Source: Bryobacterales bacterium (lineage in GTDB: Bacteria > Acidobacteriota > Terriglobia > Bryobacterales > UBA6623). From it: 64,000 nucleotides of DNA. The position numbers and the translations under genes are program-made. Location: contig OY729428.2 of the NCBI GenBank assembly GCA_963422375.2, positions 480,001-544,000 of the forward strand, in the 5' to 3' direction. Within the stretch, counting starts at the first letter, position 1; each line of letters begins with the position of its first letter. The notes beneath the pieces were generated by a model. It did not search any database. It saw nothing but the letters and a program-made list of their open reading frames with translations, and was not told the DNA's origin. Positions 1 through 10,154 of the stretch are shown here, piece after piece.

Positions 1-1
1 G

Positions 2-748
2 TCACTGCTCAAGGGCGTGCGCGGCGAAGGCAAGGCTCCTGGCGAGTTTCGGCGAACCCCCAACTGGATCGGCCCTCCGGGCTCCACAATGGAGACCGCC
101 TCGTACGTGCCCATCAGCGCCGAACACCTCCCGGACGCCTTGGGCCGCTGGGAAGCCTACATGCATAGCGAGGCATCCGACTTGCTCGTGCAAGCGGCCA
201 ACACGCATGTGGAGTTCGAGGCACTGCACCCCTTCCTCGACGGCAACGGGCGCGTCGGTCGCATGCTAATCCCGCTTTTTTTCTGGCAGAGAGATCTCAT
301 CAGTCGTCCGACATTCCACATCAGCGCCTACTTCGAAGCGCATCGGTCCGAGTACTACGAGAGGCTGCTGGGGGTCTCTCGAGATGATGACTGGACAGGA
401 TGGTGCAGGTTCTTTCTAAAGGCAATTCGGAATCAAGCCGAAGAAAATACCAGAATATCTCGTGACATTCTTCGCCTGTATGACGAGATGAAGATTCGCT
501 TAGTGGAAGTGACTCGCTCCAAGTATTCAATTATTTTACAGGATTTCATCTTCCGAAATCCTGTATTTCGAAACGCAGGCCTAGCCGAGCAGGCCGGAAT
601 TCCAGTGCCGACGGCAAAACGGATTCTGGCCGAGCTTCGGAACCAAGGAATCTTGACGGAAGTCCTAGCCGCACGGGGAAGGCAGTCGTCGATTTGCGCA
701 TTCCTCCCACTCCTTGAAATCATTCGGGACAGGCACGACCGAAGCTAG
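2..748 (+). CDS. Fic-domain protein with probable C-terminal HTH (5' end outside window)
   Basis: Canonical Fic motif HPFLDGNGRVGR; GEFRRTPNWIG typical of this family; frame is open from base 2. Confidence 0.9.
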   Translation, partial: SLLKGVRGEGKAPGEFRRTPNWIGPPGSTMETASYVPISAEHLPDALGRWEAYMHSEASDLLVQAANTHVEFEALHPFLDGNGRVGRMLIPLFFWQRDLISRPTFHISAYFEAHRSEYYERLLGVSRDDDWTGWCRFFLKAIRNQAEENTRISRDILRLYDEMKIRLVEVTRSKYSIILQDFIFRNPVFRNAGLAEQAGIPVPTAKRILAELRNQGILTEVLAARGRQSSICAFLPLLEIIRDRHDRS

Positions 749-1068
749 ATCCGACCAGCAAGCCGGTCAAGCCGGAAGCGGTGCCCCTGCAACCCCGCCC
801 CATCCTTGGACTCCCAGCGGCCGCGTCCCTCGACCTGTTCGGGGTGCTCGGGGGACAGTGTCGGCGCACTCATCGCAAGCGCCGGTGCTCCGGGAGATCG
901 TGGACGGCGATTGCATTCCGGCCTCGCCGCTCCCTAGGCTGCTCTCGGCCACGCTCTCCCATCGTCGGCGACGGCGCGGCGATTCCCGCCTAGCGTTGGA
1001 GGGCTGAGCCGACGGCTGAGGGCTATACCAAGGAAACATCGGGCCTTCCTACCGGGCCCGTTCCGAAT

Positions 1069-2612
1069 GGGGATTATATATCTGAGTGCCGACAACGCCA
1101 TATCCGACTAGAACTGCTGTGAGCAGGGAGGTGGGTGTCGAGCTGGGGTCATTCGAGTGCGGCCGCGGCGGGCACAGAGGGGTGGGGGGGGTGGGATCGT
1201 ATCTGAATCGAGCCTGCCAGCGGATTGGACGAGGAAGGGACTAGAGAGGCCGCCTCGCATGCCCCGGTTGCCCCGGTTGCCCCGGTGAAACCCGGTTGGC
1301 GGTGGCAGGGCACCCCTTGCAAGCCGCTTGCAGGCCCTGCGAGGGCCGAAGACAGCGGCTCCCCGGCGCTCAACGGCCTGCATGGACGGTCCGGACCGGA
1401 CTGGGGTCGCGCCGGGGCATTCCGGATCCGGTGCGCCCCTCGTACCGAGCGTGAAGCGCACCGAGCGTGAAGAGCGCGCCCGCAGCGGGCTGCCGCGCTC
1501 AGCGCGGCGGGCGCCGCTCAGGCCGCGACCGCGGCCTTGCCGGTCAGCTGCCGGCAGGTCAGCGTCCGGCCGACCAAGCCCCGCGCCATGCGCCGCATCC
1601 GTTCCGCCGTGTCGCAGTCGCGGTCGTTGTACCGTCCCGCGAACTCCGTGAGGTAGCGGCCGAGATGACGGACGCTCATCCGGTGATAGGTTCCGTACAG
1701 GCCGCGCTTGAACAGGGACCGAAACGATTCAATGCCGTTCGTATGCGCTGCCCCGCGCACGTACTCGCCGCCGGAGTGCCTGACGGCTTCGTGCGCGAAC
1801 TCCGCCATGCCGGCGTAGGCCGCCGCCTCGTCGGAGCGGAGCTGCGCCCCCGGCGCGACGCGGGCGCGCACGAAGCCCTGCAGGTCGCCCTTGGCGGTGC
1901 CCGGCAGCGGCCGCGCGGCCACTGCGTTCGTGGCGCGGTCCCGCGCCCCCGCCACGGGCGTCTTGCCAACGGGCCCGCGCCCGGCACGGGCCTTCTTCCT
2001 CTCGTGCTTGTTGCGCTCCTTGCCGCCGACGTAGGTCTCGTCCACCTCCACCGGGCCGGCGAACGGGCCCCGATCCCGCTCCCGGCACGCGCGGATGCGG
2101 TGCGCCAGGTGCCAGGCCGACTTCCGGCTGATGCCTAGGTCGCGGTGCAGCTTCATGCTCGAGACGCCCTTGATGCCGGTGGTCAGCAGGAACAGGGCGA
2201 CGGCCCGGGTGCGGTAGCCGAGCTCGGTGTCGGCCATCACGCTGCCGCTGCGCACCGAAAAGCGCTTGCCGCAGCCGCGGCAACGGTACGGCATCGAAGG
2301 GTGGGCCGCGTCGGACTGCACGCTGGAGCCGCGGCAGCGGGGGCACGCGGGACCGTCCGGCCAGCGCACGGAGGCGAACCACTTTTCCGCGGATTCGTCA
2401 TCGGGGAACATGGCGATCACTTCGATCAATGTGATGCCTTTACGGAACCACTTTCCGGGACCTTGTTTCTTCATTTACGGTATCACCTACTGGAACTATT
2501 CTACCAAGAAACACTACAGAATTTCAACGGAAAATCGGAAGAAATATGAAATCTTATAATGGCTTGATAATTTGCCGACTTGATTCCCTCGACACTCAGA
2601 TATATAATTCCC
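1069..2612 (-). mobile_element. IS1595-family insertion sequence, complete ends
   Basis: 24-bp terminal inverted repeats (1069-1092 and 2589-2612, 22/24 match) flanked by 8-bp direct repeat TTCCGAAT (1061-1068, 2613-2620). Confidence 0.92.
1518..2474 (-). CDS. IS1595-family transposase
   Basis: N-terminal Zn ribbon (CPRC...CRGC); VEVDETY, SDE and HTNGIESF catalytic motifs. Confidence 0.92.
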   Translation of the reverse strand: MKKQGPGKWFRKGITLIEVIAMFPDDESAEKWFASVRWPDGPACPRCRGSSVQSDAAHPSMPYRCRGCGKRFSVRSGSVMADTELGYRTRAVALFLLTTGIKGVSSMKLHRDLGISRKSAWHLAHRIRACRERDRGPFAGPVEVDETYVGGKERNKHERKKARAGRGPVGKTPVAGARDRATNAVAARPLPGTAKGDLQGFVRARVAPGAQLRSDEAAAYAGMAEFAHEAVRHSGGEYVRGAAHTNGIESFRSLFKRGLYGTYHRMSVRHLGRYLTEFAGRYNDRDCDTAERMRRMARGLVGRTLTCRQLTGKAAVAA

Positions 2613-2820
2613 TTCCGAATCGTTCGGCTGTCTACGTCGAATCGAAGCGGCGCAGGGAACACTTTCCCGCGATCCAGGCGTCTCGACTCGCGGCGCGCGG
2701 CGCGGCGAGCGGCCGCCCTGCCCTGGGAAGCGGTCCAGTCGAACGCGTCCCGTTCGACGGCCCGCTGGATGGCCGTACAATCGATCGGGCGGAGGGCACC
2801 GCCCGCCGCACAGCCCCACA

Positions 2821-3717
2821 ATGCAGCTTCCGGACCCCCGCAACGCCGACATTCTCGTTCACGTCAGGGGCAGGCTCGTGCCGCGCGCCGAAGCGAGGGT
2901 GTCGGTATTCGACAGCGCGGTCCAAGGTGGGGACGCCGTCTGGGAGGGCCTCAGGGTCTACCGCCGGCGCCTCATGGACCTAGACCTTCACCTGAACCGC
3001 CTATTCGCATCCGCGCACGCCATGGCATTCGCCGGCATCCCGTCCAGACGCGAGGTGCGCGACGCCCTCTTCGAGACCCTTCGCGCCAACGGCATGACCG
3101 ATGGCACCCATGTCCGGCTGACGCTCACGAGGGGGGAGAAGGTCACCTCGGGCATGAGCCCTCACTGGAACCAGTCGGGATGCACGCTGATCGTGCTGGC
3201 CGAGTGGAAGCCCCTGGTATACGACCAAGACGGCATCCGACTGATCACGTCCTCGGTGCGGCGGAACAGCCCGCAATGCCTAGACTCCAAAATCCACCAC
3301 AACAACCTGATCAACAACATCCTGGCCAAGATCGAGGCGAACCTAGCCGGCGTGGACGACGCGGTCATGCTGGACTTGCATGGCTACGTGTCCGAGACGA
3401 ACGCCACGAACATGTTTCTCGTCCGCGACGGCTCCCTGTTCACGCCGCACGCCGACAGCTGCCTGCCGGGAATCACTCGCGGGACCGTCACCGGCACGGC
3501 CCGGGCGAACGGAATCGAAGTGACGGAGAAGAACCTGTCACTGACCGAGGTCTACACCGCCGACGAGATGTTCACGACCGGAACGATGGGCGGCCTGGCG
3601 CCCGTCCTAGAGGTTGACGGGCGCCAGATCGGAAACGGCCGGAGAGGGCCCGTCACGCTGCGCTTGCAGCAGCTGCACGCGAGCCGCGCGTTCGAGACCG
3701 GCGAGCCTCTCGACTAA
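2821..3717 (+). CDS. Class IV PLP aminotransferase (branched-chain aminotransferase/ADC lyase family)
   Basis: GDAVWEG, LDLHLNRL, ETNATNMF, LPGITR and ADEMFTTGT fold-type IV motifs. Confidence 0.9.
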   Translation: MQLPDPRNADILVHVRGRLVPRAEARVSVFDSAVQGGDAVWEGLRVYRRRLMDLDLHLNRLFASAHAMAFAGIPSRREVRDALFETLRANGMTDGTHVRLTLTRGEKVTSGMSPHWNQSGCTLIVLAEWKPLVYDQDGIRLITSSVRRNSPQCLDSKIHHNNLINNILAKIEANLAGVDDAVMLDLHGYVSETNATNMFLVRDGSLFTPHADSCLPGITRGTVTGTARANGIEVTEKNLSLTEVYTADEMFTTGTMGGLAPVLEVDGRQIGNGRRGPVTLRLQQLHASRAFETGEPLD

Positions 3718-3757
3718 ACGCCGCGGCTGCCGGGCAGCGGTCGATCAGCCGCGCCGC

Positions 3758-3786
3758 TTGACATCAACCAAGAACCGGGCAAGTAT
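3758..3786 (+). promoter_or_regulatory. Candidate sigma70 promoter for the nuclease-helicase operon
   Basis: Perfect TTGACA (3758-3763), 17-bp spacer, weak -10 AAGTAT (3781-3786). Confidence 0.4.
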
Positions 3787-3798
3787 ACGAATTAGTGC

Positions 3799-6696
3799 TT
3801 GGCCAAGTCGCGCGACCGGCCAGTCGGCCGGTGCCGACTTGCCGGTTTCGAGCGGGACCGTCACAGGCGGCCCGGGTTCGGTCGAAGCCGGGAGGAGAGC
3901 ATAAGGAAGAACCGATCTAGGCGCACCGCCGAGCGACCGGTGCTGCATTTCGCGCTCGTTCCCGACGCGAGTGCGGCGCGGCGCGCCCGGAGGGCGCTCG
4001 CAGCGGCCGGGGCCCGGTCCGGCGTGGTGGTCGGCACGTTGCCGGAGCTGCTCGCGCGGACTCTGGACGCGTACTGCCTACCGCAACCCGACGAGGGGCG
4101 CGAGGAGCTGCTCGCGGTCGAGATCGGCAAGGCTCGCGAAGCCTTCTGGAGGGAGAGCTTCGACGTCGCCCCCGAAGAGACGGTCGCCTCGGTCCGCGCC
4201 GCCCTTATCGACTTGGTCTCCTCCACGGACCCCTGCGGCAGCCTGCCTTCGGACAGGTTCCAGCACCTGCCGGACCGCCTTCGACGCGTTGTCAGGGACC
4301 TATTTCGCCTGGCGGAATCCCTGGACGGTCGTCTGCCGGGCCATTTGGCGTCGATGCACAAGCTACTCCGGGCGGGCTCCACCTCCGTCATCCAGCCGAT
4401 CAGCGTGTATCGCCCCGCGATCTTCACGAAGGCCTTCATCACGAAATGGGAACTCGAGCTGATTTCGGGAATCAACGCTTGCGCGACAGGGGCCGACGGC
4501 ACATTCGACGAGGACCTGCGCAAGTCTCTGGAATGCGGGCTGGGCTGCAGCGACAGGGCCGCCCCGGGCACGGCCCTGCGCACGATGCAGGACCGGCTCT
4601 TCGCGCCCCAGACGATCGAGACCCCCGCTGACGAGACCGTCCAGTGGGTCGGGGTGAGGGACTTCTACCAAGAGGCCGAGATCGCCGCCGGCATGGCACA
4701 GACGCTGCTTGACGGCAACCCGGACCTAGCTCCCTCCGACATCGGGGTCCTCCTCCCGGACGACTCTTGCTACCCGGCCGCGGTGGGAGATGCGTTCCAC
4801 CTCGCCGGCCTTGCGCTGGCAGGCCTGCCCGGCGAGCGCCGTCGGCGCGACCTCGGACGCGAGGCTGTCTTCCATTTTCTGTTCTGCCGCCAGGACCCGG
4901 CACCGGCCATGGCGCTGGCAGCCTGCCTGGCGTCCGCTCTCATGCCGTGGCCTCCCGAGGAGGGCGCGTCGATGGCGCAGCGCGTCATGGACGGGCGCGG
5001 GGACCTGCAGGCACCGAGCGGCGCCGGTCCCGAGCCGCGGGAGATGCTCGAGCTCCTCCAAGGCAGCGACACCGAGCCGTCCTCGCTCGCCTCGTCGGTG
5101 CGGCGCTTCGTCGCGCTGCTCGAGGGCGGGAACGGACTTGCCACGCACAAACGGCGGGGCGTGGAATCCGCCGACCTGATCTGCGAGGCCCTCTCCGGCG
5201 ACAGCGAAATCGACTGGGCCCGCTTGCGCCGGGCGGCGTCCCCGGAATTCATCGCGAACGGCGATTCCCCGTCTTACTCGGTCGAGGGAGTGACCGTCCT
5301 GCGCGAGGGGCACGAGCCTTGGAGGGGGGCCCGGCACCTCTTCGTTCTAGGCTTCTCGCAGGGGCGATACCCCGCGAGCCCGCGTGATTCCGCGGTGTTC
5401 TCCGCCGGTGACATCGACGATATCCGCCGCTGCCTGCACATTTCCCCCTTGAGGCCGGCCAGCGAGCAGGCCTTCCTCCGAGAGCGGTTCCGCAGGCAGC
5501 TTCTTGCGGTCTCGGACTCGGTCACGTTCCTAGTCCCTCGCAGGACGGCAAGCGGAGATCCGCAGCATCCATCGGAGAGCCTGGCATTCATGCGGAGGAT
5601 GTTCTCCCCGCCCGGCAGGGCCGGCGACCTCGTCGCAGAGCTGGAATCGCCCGCCGACCGCCGGAGGATCCGCCATCTGGCAATGGCCCCGGATCGCCGG
5701 CCCACGCCGCCTCGCGAGCTGCGACTCGAGGATCCCAAGCTCGGCCGGAACCTGCTCGCGATCCGCACCGACCCCGAGGGCCGCCCGAAGCCCGAGTCCC
5801 CCAGCGGCCTAGCAACGAGCCTAGTCTCCCCGTTGGCATGGCTGCTGCAGCGCGCCGGGGCCGAGCCGCGCCCGTGGGCACCCGAGTCGGCCGACCCGAG
5901 GGTTCTCGGCACGCTGGCCCACAGCGTGTTCGAACAGCTCTTCAGGCCGGGCGCGGCCCTGCCCGAACGAGACGGAATCGAGTCCCGTGTCAGCCGCCTA
6001 CTGGACAAGGCGGCCCGGCGGCGGGCGCCGTTCATGAGAGGGCCCGAGTGGAGGGTGGAGCGGCACCATCTCGCCGCCCTGGCGACGAAAGCGGCCGGCG
6101 AGTGGCGGGAGGTGCTGGACGGACTCGGAGCGAAGATCCTCGGCAGCGAGGTATGGCTCGAAGGCAAGTGGTCTGGCGTCGGCGTCCATGGGCAGGCCGA
6201 CCTGATCCTAGGGGTGGGCGCGGACAGGCTCCTGGTCGTTGACTACAAGTGGTCTGCCTCGACGGGCCACAGGACTCGCATGGAACTGGGCTACGACGTC
6301 CAAGCGAGCCTCTACCGCGCCATGGCCCGGACTGGAGGCGCGAAGGGGCAGCCGGGCGATCCAGCGGCTCGCGCCCTGGCCGAGCGGCTCGCCGGCGCGG
6401 CGAAGATCGGAATCGTGTACTTCACCATGAGGGACGGGGCGTGCCTAGCCGACGCGCCACCGCCGGGACGCACGCATCTTCCCGGCTGGGAGACGACCGA
6501 GGAAGATCCGGCGCGCCAGGCGAGAGGGATCCTCGCCGAGCGGCTGGCCGACTTCGACGCCGGCATCGTGCGCCTCAACTCGGCGACGGACCGGGCCGAG
6601 TTCGAGAAGGCCGGCATCCGGCCGTACGCGCTGGACTCCAGCCCCATCGTCGGGCTGTTCACGCGGCCAGAGTCACCAGCGGGAGGTGACAGGTGA
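3799..6696 (+). CDS. AddB/RexB-like protein with C-terminal PD-(D/E)xK nuclease (start may be GTG 3940)
   Basis: GTLAHSVFE, GQADLIL, LLVVDYK and QASLY RecB-type nuclease motifs; 4-bp overlap with the next gene. Confidence 0.8.
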   Translation: MAKSRDRPVGRCRLAGFERDRHRRPGFGRSREESIRKNRSRRTAERPVLHFALVPDASAARRARRALAAAGARSGVVVGTLPELLARTLDAYCLPQPDEGREELLAVEIGKAREAFWRESFDVAPEETVASVRAALIDLVSSTDPCGSLPSDRFQHLPDRLRRVVRDLFRLAESLDGRLPGHLASMHKLLRAGSTSVIQPISVYRPAIFTKAFITKWELELISGINACATGADGTFDEDLRKSLECGLGCSDRAAPGTALRTMQDRLFAPQTIETPADETVQWVGVRDFYQEAEIAAGMAQTLLDGNPDLAPSDIGVLLPDDSCYPAAVGDAFHLAGLALAGLPGERRRRDLGREAVFHFLFCRQDPAPAMALAACLASALMPWPPEEGASMAQRVMDGRGDLQAPSGAGPEPREMLELLQGSDTEPSSLASSVRRFVALLEGGNGLATHKRRGVESADLICEALSGDSEIDWARLRRAASPEFIANGDSPSYSVEGVTVLREGHEPWRGARHLFVLGFSQGRYPASPRDSAVFSAGDIDDIRRCLHISPLRPASEQAFLRERFRRQLLAVSDSVTFLVPRRTASGDPQHPSESLAFMRRMFSPPGRAGDLVAELESPADRRRIRHLAMAPDRRPTPPRELRLEDPKLGRNLLAIRTDPEGRPKPESPSGLATSLVSPLAWLLQRAGAEPRPWAPESADPRVLGTLAHSVFEQLFRPGAALPERDGIESRVSRLLDKAARRRAPFMRGPEWRVERHHLAALATKAAGEWREVLDGLGAKILGSEVWLEGKWSGVGVHGQADLILGVGADRLLVVDYKWSASTGHRTRMELGYDVQASLYRAMARTGGAKGQPGDPAARALAERLAGAAKIGIVYFTMRDGACLADAPPPGRTHLPGWETTEEDPARQARGILAERLADFDAGIVRLNSATDRAEFEKAGIRPYALDSSPIVGLFTRPESPAGGDR

Positions 6697-9600
6697 CGTC
6701 GCTGGACCCGCTAAGCATCGTCCCCGCCGGCGCGGGCACGGGAAAGACCCATACCATTCAGACCCTCCTTGGGGAGTGGATCTCCCTTGGCCGGGTGAGA
6801 CCCGAGCGGATCATGGCGGTCACCTACACGGAGGCGGGAGCGACCGAGTTGCGCGAGCGCATCAGCGCCCACCTTCTGGCCTCCGGGAGGATCGAAGATG
6901 CGCTGCGGCTTCCGCAGGCTTACATCACGACCATTCACGGCCTCGGGCTGCGCCTGCTCACTGAATTCGCGTTCCAAGCCGGTACGTCACCCAAGCCGCG
7001 AGTGCTGAACGACAACGAGAAAAACACCCTAGTCGGAAAGGCGCTGGCGCGAACCGACAAGGCAGACAGCTTGGTCAACGACCTCGCGGGCTACGGCTAC
7101 ACCTTCAACGAGTTCACCGGCAAGAGCAGCGAGCAGGCGTTTCGCGACGGCCTAGTCGGCGCAGTGCATCTGCTGCGGTCCATCGGGGTGACAACCTCGG
7201 ACGCGGTGCGGCGACACTGCGAATCCGCGGCAAGGCGGATCGAGGTCCGCTATCGCGGCGGGCGGTCCGCGACAAACCGCCCGTCGCGCTTGAAGGAGCG
7301 GGTCGACAGCATCCTGCAGGCGTTCCCCAGCTGCCTCGCCGAACCGTACGGCAAGAGCGCCAAGGCGAGGAAGGAGTACCTGAGCGACTTCCGCAATCTC
7401 CGCTTCGCGGCCGTGCCTGGCGCGCTAGACAGAGACTGGAAGACATGGCAGCAGCTGCGGAAGCTGCGCACGACCGACCGGAAGTCCCCGCCGCCGCAAT
7501 ACCTCAGCCTCGCTACCGAGATCAAGGCCGAGGCGGACCGCTTGGTCGACCATCCGGGTCCGTTGCAGCACGCCTGCGGGCACCTCTCGGCGCTGCTCGC
7601 GGCCGGCTTGGACGTTCTCGAGCACTACGACGCCGCGAAGCGCCAAGCGGGCTTGGTGGACTACACCGACATGATCGCCGGAGCCGAGCGCCTTCTGCGC
7701 GAGCACCCCGAAGTCCTCGAGACCCTAGCCAGCAAGATCGACTGCCTGGTGGTCGACGAGTTCCAAGACACGAATCCCCTGCAGTTCGCCCTGCTCTGGC
7801 AGATCAAGGAGGCGGGCGTCCCCATGCTGGTCGTAGGCGACCTCAAGCAGTCGATCATGGAGTTCCAGGGCGCCGACCCGCGCCTGCTCGAGGCTCTGGA
7901 ACGGAACTTCCGGGACAAGGCGCAGCCGCTGACGCGCAACTGGCGGTCGCAGCCCGGTCTCGTGAGATTCGTCAATGCCCTCGGCCCGCTTCTGTTCGGA
8001 ACCGGCTACGTCGCGGTCGAGCCTCAGCGCGAACCGAGCGCGATGACGCCGCTCGAGCTGATTCGCTTCCGCCGAAGGCCGCGACGCGACAAGCACAAGA
8101 CGATGGCCCACTCGGTCGGCCTGCGACTGAAGCAGCTTCTCGATGACCCGAAGCAGGCTGTGGTCGACCGCGAGACCCGGGTCGCGCGCCGTTTGCGCGG
8201 GAGCGACATCGCAGTGCTGTGCCCGACCAAGACGGCGCTAGCCCACTACGCCCAAGTCCTGAGCGGCCTCGGCCTCCGGGTGAACATCCCGACCGGCGGC
8301 TGGCTGGCTTCGAGGCCCGTTCAGATCGCCTGTCACGCGCTCGCGTACGTGGCGAACCCGACCGACCGTCACGCCGCCCTCTATCTGGCGGTGACCGAAC
8401 TCGGCTCTCTCACCCTCGAGCAAGGCCTGACCCACCTGCTGGACTCTGGGCGCGTCGAGGAGCCGCTGCTGCAGAAGCTGGGCTCGCGGGCATCCGGCGT
8501 GCAAGATCGAACGGTCTACGCGCTGGTAGCGGACGTGCTGTCAGCCCTGAACCTGTTCGACAGGGTCGCGCTGTGGCCGGACGGGGAGCAGGCCCGGGCC
8601 AACCTTGTTCGCCTGCTCGGAGAGGCTGAGGAGTTCATGTCCACGAGCCGAGAGGCCTTGGCCGAGGGCGGCTATCACGGCGACGGCCTGCCGACCTTCC
8701 AAGCGTGGCTGGCCGCAAGGGCGGAGGACCACGACGGGCAGCCCGAGGAGAGCGTGCTCGACGAGAACGCGATCGCTATGCGGACCTGGCACGGGTCTAA
8801 GGGCCTAGAGTGGCCCGTGGTCGCGGCCTGCTACATGGACCGCAAGATCGAGGCCAGGCTCCCGCGCCTAGACTTCCAGTACAGGTCGTTCGACAATCTC
8901 TCCGATATTCTCGCAAGCGTGGAGGTCAACTACTGGCCGCTTTTCGACGCGCCGGAGCACAACGAAGGCCAGTTGCGGCAGCTTCGAGGGGACACGGAAA
9001 CCGTAGCCAAGCGCCTGCTCTACGTGGCGCTGACCCGCGCCCGGGACAAGCTCATTCTCGAGTGGCCGGAATTCCTAGCGGGACGCGGCAAGGCCGAGTG
9101 CTACTGGAGGCTGCCCGGCGATCGCTGGTCGCTCGAAGCGGACGGCCGCCATCTGACAGTGAATGGGCTGCGCTGCCCCTGCGAGGTTTTCGAGGGAGGC
9201 TCTGAACTACCCGCCGACTGGGATGCATCCGCCAAGCCCCGCGATTCCGGGCTGCCGGTCGTGGGCAGACTGGCGATCCGGCACGACACGGCACCAACCG
9301 GTCTCACCCCGGACAGCGTGGCGGCATCCTCGCTGGAAGGCCAAGACGAAGCGGCACCGGGCCGGTTCCTGCTTCATTGGCGATACGGGGACGGCCTGGA
9401 CTTGGACGAGGGACTCTCCGGCGCCGACCTCGGAACGTACCTTCACCGATGCTTCGAGGTGCTCGGAAGCAGGCCGGAAGTCGTTGGTCGGCTCGACGAG
9501 GTGACGGGCGTCAAAGTGGCTGCGAGCACGGCGGCCAAGATTGCCCGCGCTGTCGCGCAATTCGAGGCCTGGCTCCGGAGTCAGTTCGCGGTCAAGCGCG

Positions 9601-9926
9601 TCCTACGCGAGTGGCCTCTGCTCGCGCTCGGCCCGAACGGCACGGTCATTTCGGGCACGGCCGATCTGATCGTGGAAACGGAGGACGGGATCTGCCTGCT
9701 GGATCACAAATCGGATCGCGTGGACGACTGGTCCGAGGTCTTCTCCAAGTACGAGGCGCAGCTGGAGACGTACGCTCGGGCGCTCTCGCAGGAGGGGCGG
9801 ACCGTGCTTGGCGTCGGGCTGAACCTGATTCGCAGGGGCGAGGTCGTCTGGAGGGCCGAACCGATCACCCGGGGAATCGCGCCCCGACGTTTCGCTCGGC
9901 CGCGAGCCGCTCGCCGCGGCGGCTGA
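6693..9926 (+). CDS. AddA/RecB-like UvrD (SF1) helicase with C-terminal PD-(D/E)xK nuclease
   Basis: AGAGTGKT, VDEFQDT, VGDLKQSI, NWRS, TWHGSKGLEW, LLYVALTRA; nuclease GTADL...LLDHK...QLETY. Confidence 0.92.
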   Translation: MTSLDPLSIVPAGAGTGKTHTIQTLLGEWISLGRVRPERIMAVTYTEAGATELRERISAHLLASGRIEDALRLPQAYITTIHGLGLRLLTEFAFQAGTSPKPRVLNDNEKNTLVGKALARTDKADSLVNDLAGYGYTFNEFTGKSSEQAFRDGLVGAVHLLRSIGVTTSDAVRRHCESAARRIEVRYRGGRSATNRPSRLKERVDSILQAFPSCLAEPYGKSAKARKEYLSDFRNLRFAAVPGALDRDWKTWQQLRKLRTTDRKSPPPQYLSLATEIKAEADRLVDHPGPLQHACGHLSALLAAGLDVLEHYDAAKRQAGLVDYTDMIAGAERLLREHPEVLETLASKIDCLVVDEFQDTNPLQFALLWQIKEAGVPMLVVGDLKQSIMEFQGADPRLLEALERNFRDKAQPLTRNWRSQPGLVRFVNALGPLLFGTGYVAVEPQREPSAMTPLELIRFRRRPRRDKHKTMAHSVGLRLKQLLDDPKQAVVDRETRVARRLRGSDIAVLCPTKTALAHYAQVLSGLGLRVNIPTGGWLASRPVQIACHALAYVANPTDRHAALYLAVTELGSLTLEQGLTHLLDSGRVEEPLLQKLGSRASGVQDRTVYALVADVLSALNLFDRVALWPDGEQARANLVRLLGEAEEFMSTSREALAEGGYHGDGLPTFQAWLAARAEDHDGQPEESVLDENAIAMRTWHGSKGLEWPVVAACYMDRKIEARLPRLDFQYRSFDNLSDILASVEVNYWPLFDAPEHNEGQLRQLRGDTETVAKRLLYVALTRARDKLILEWPEFLAGRGKAECYWRLPGDRWSLEADGRHLTVNGLRCPCEVFEGGSELPADWDASAKPRDSGLPVVGRLAIRHDTAPTGLTPDSVAASSLEGQDEAAPGRFLLHWRYGDGLDLDEGLSGADLGTYLHRCFEVLGSRPEVVGRLDEVTGVKVAASTAAKIARAVAQFEAWLRSQFAVKRVLREWPLLALGPNGTVISGTADLIVETEDGICLLDHKSDRVDDWSEVFSKYEAQLETYARALSQEGRTVLGVGLNLIRRGEVVWRAEPITRGIAPRRFARPRAARRGG

Positions 9927-10154
9927 CTGGATCCGGAGCCGCCTCCGGACGACTCGATCAGGCCCCCTCGCATCGCCGGCACGCTTCAATCCCGCGGCAG
10001 CTCGGCCGCGAGGGCAGTCGAACACCGCCGAGCCGCTCTAGGCGCGATCGCGAGCCCCGGACCTGCCGGGCGGCCGCAGTATGCTTGATTCTGCGTTCCG
10101 CGCTCATCCGTCTCGACGCGCCGCGACATTCCGGACTCCTCCCGAACGAATCGC

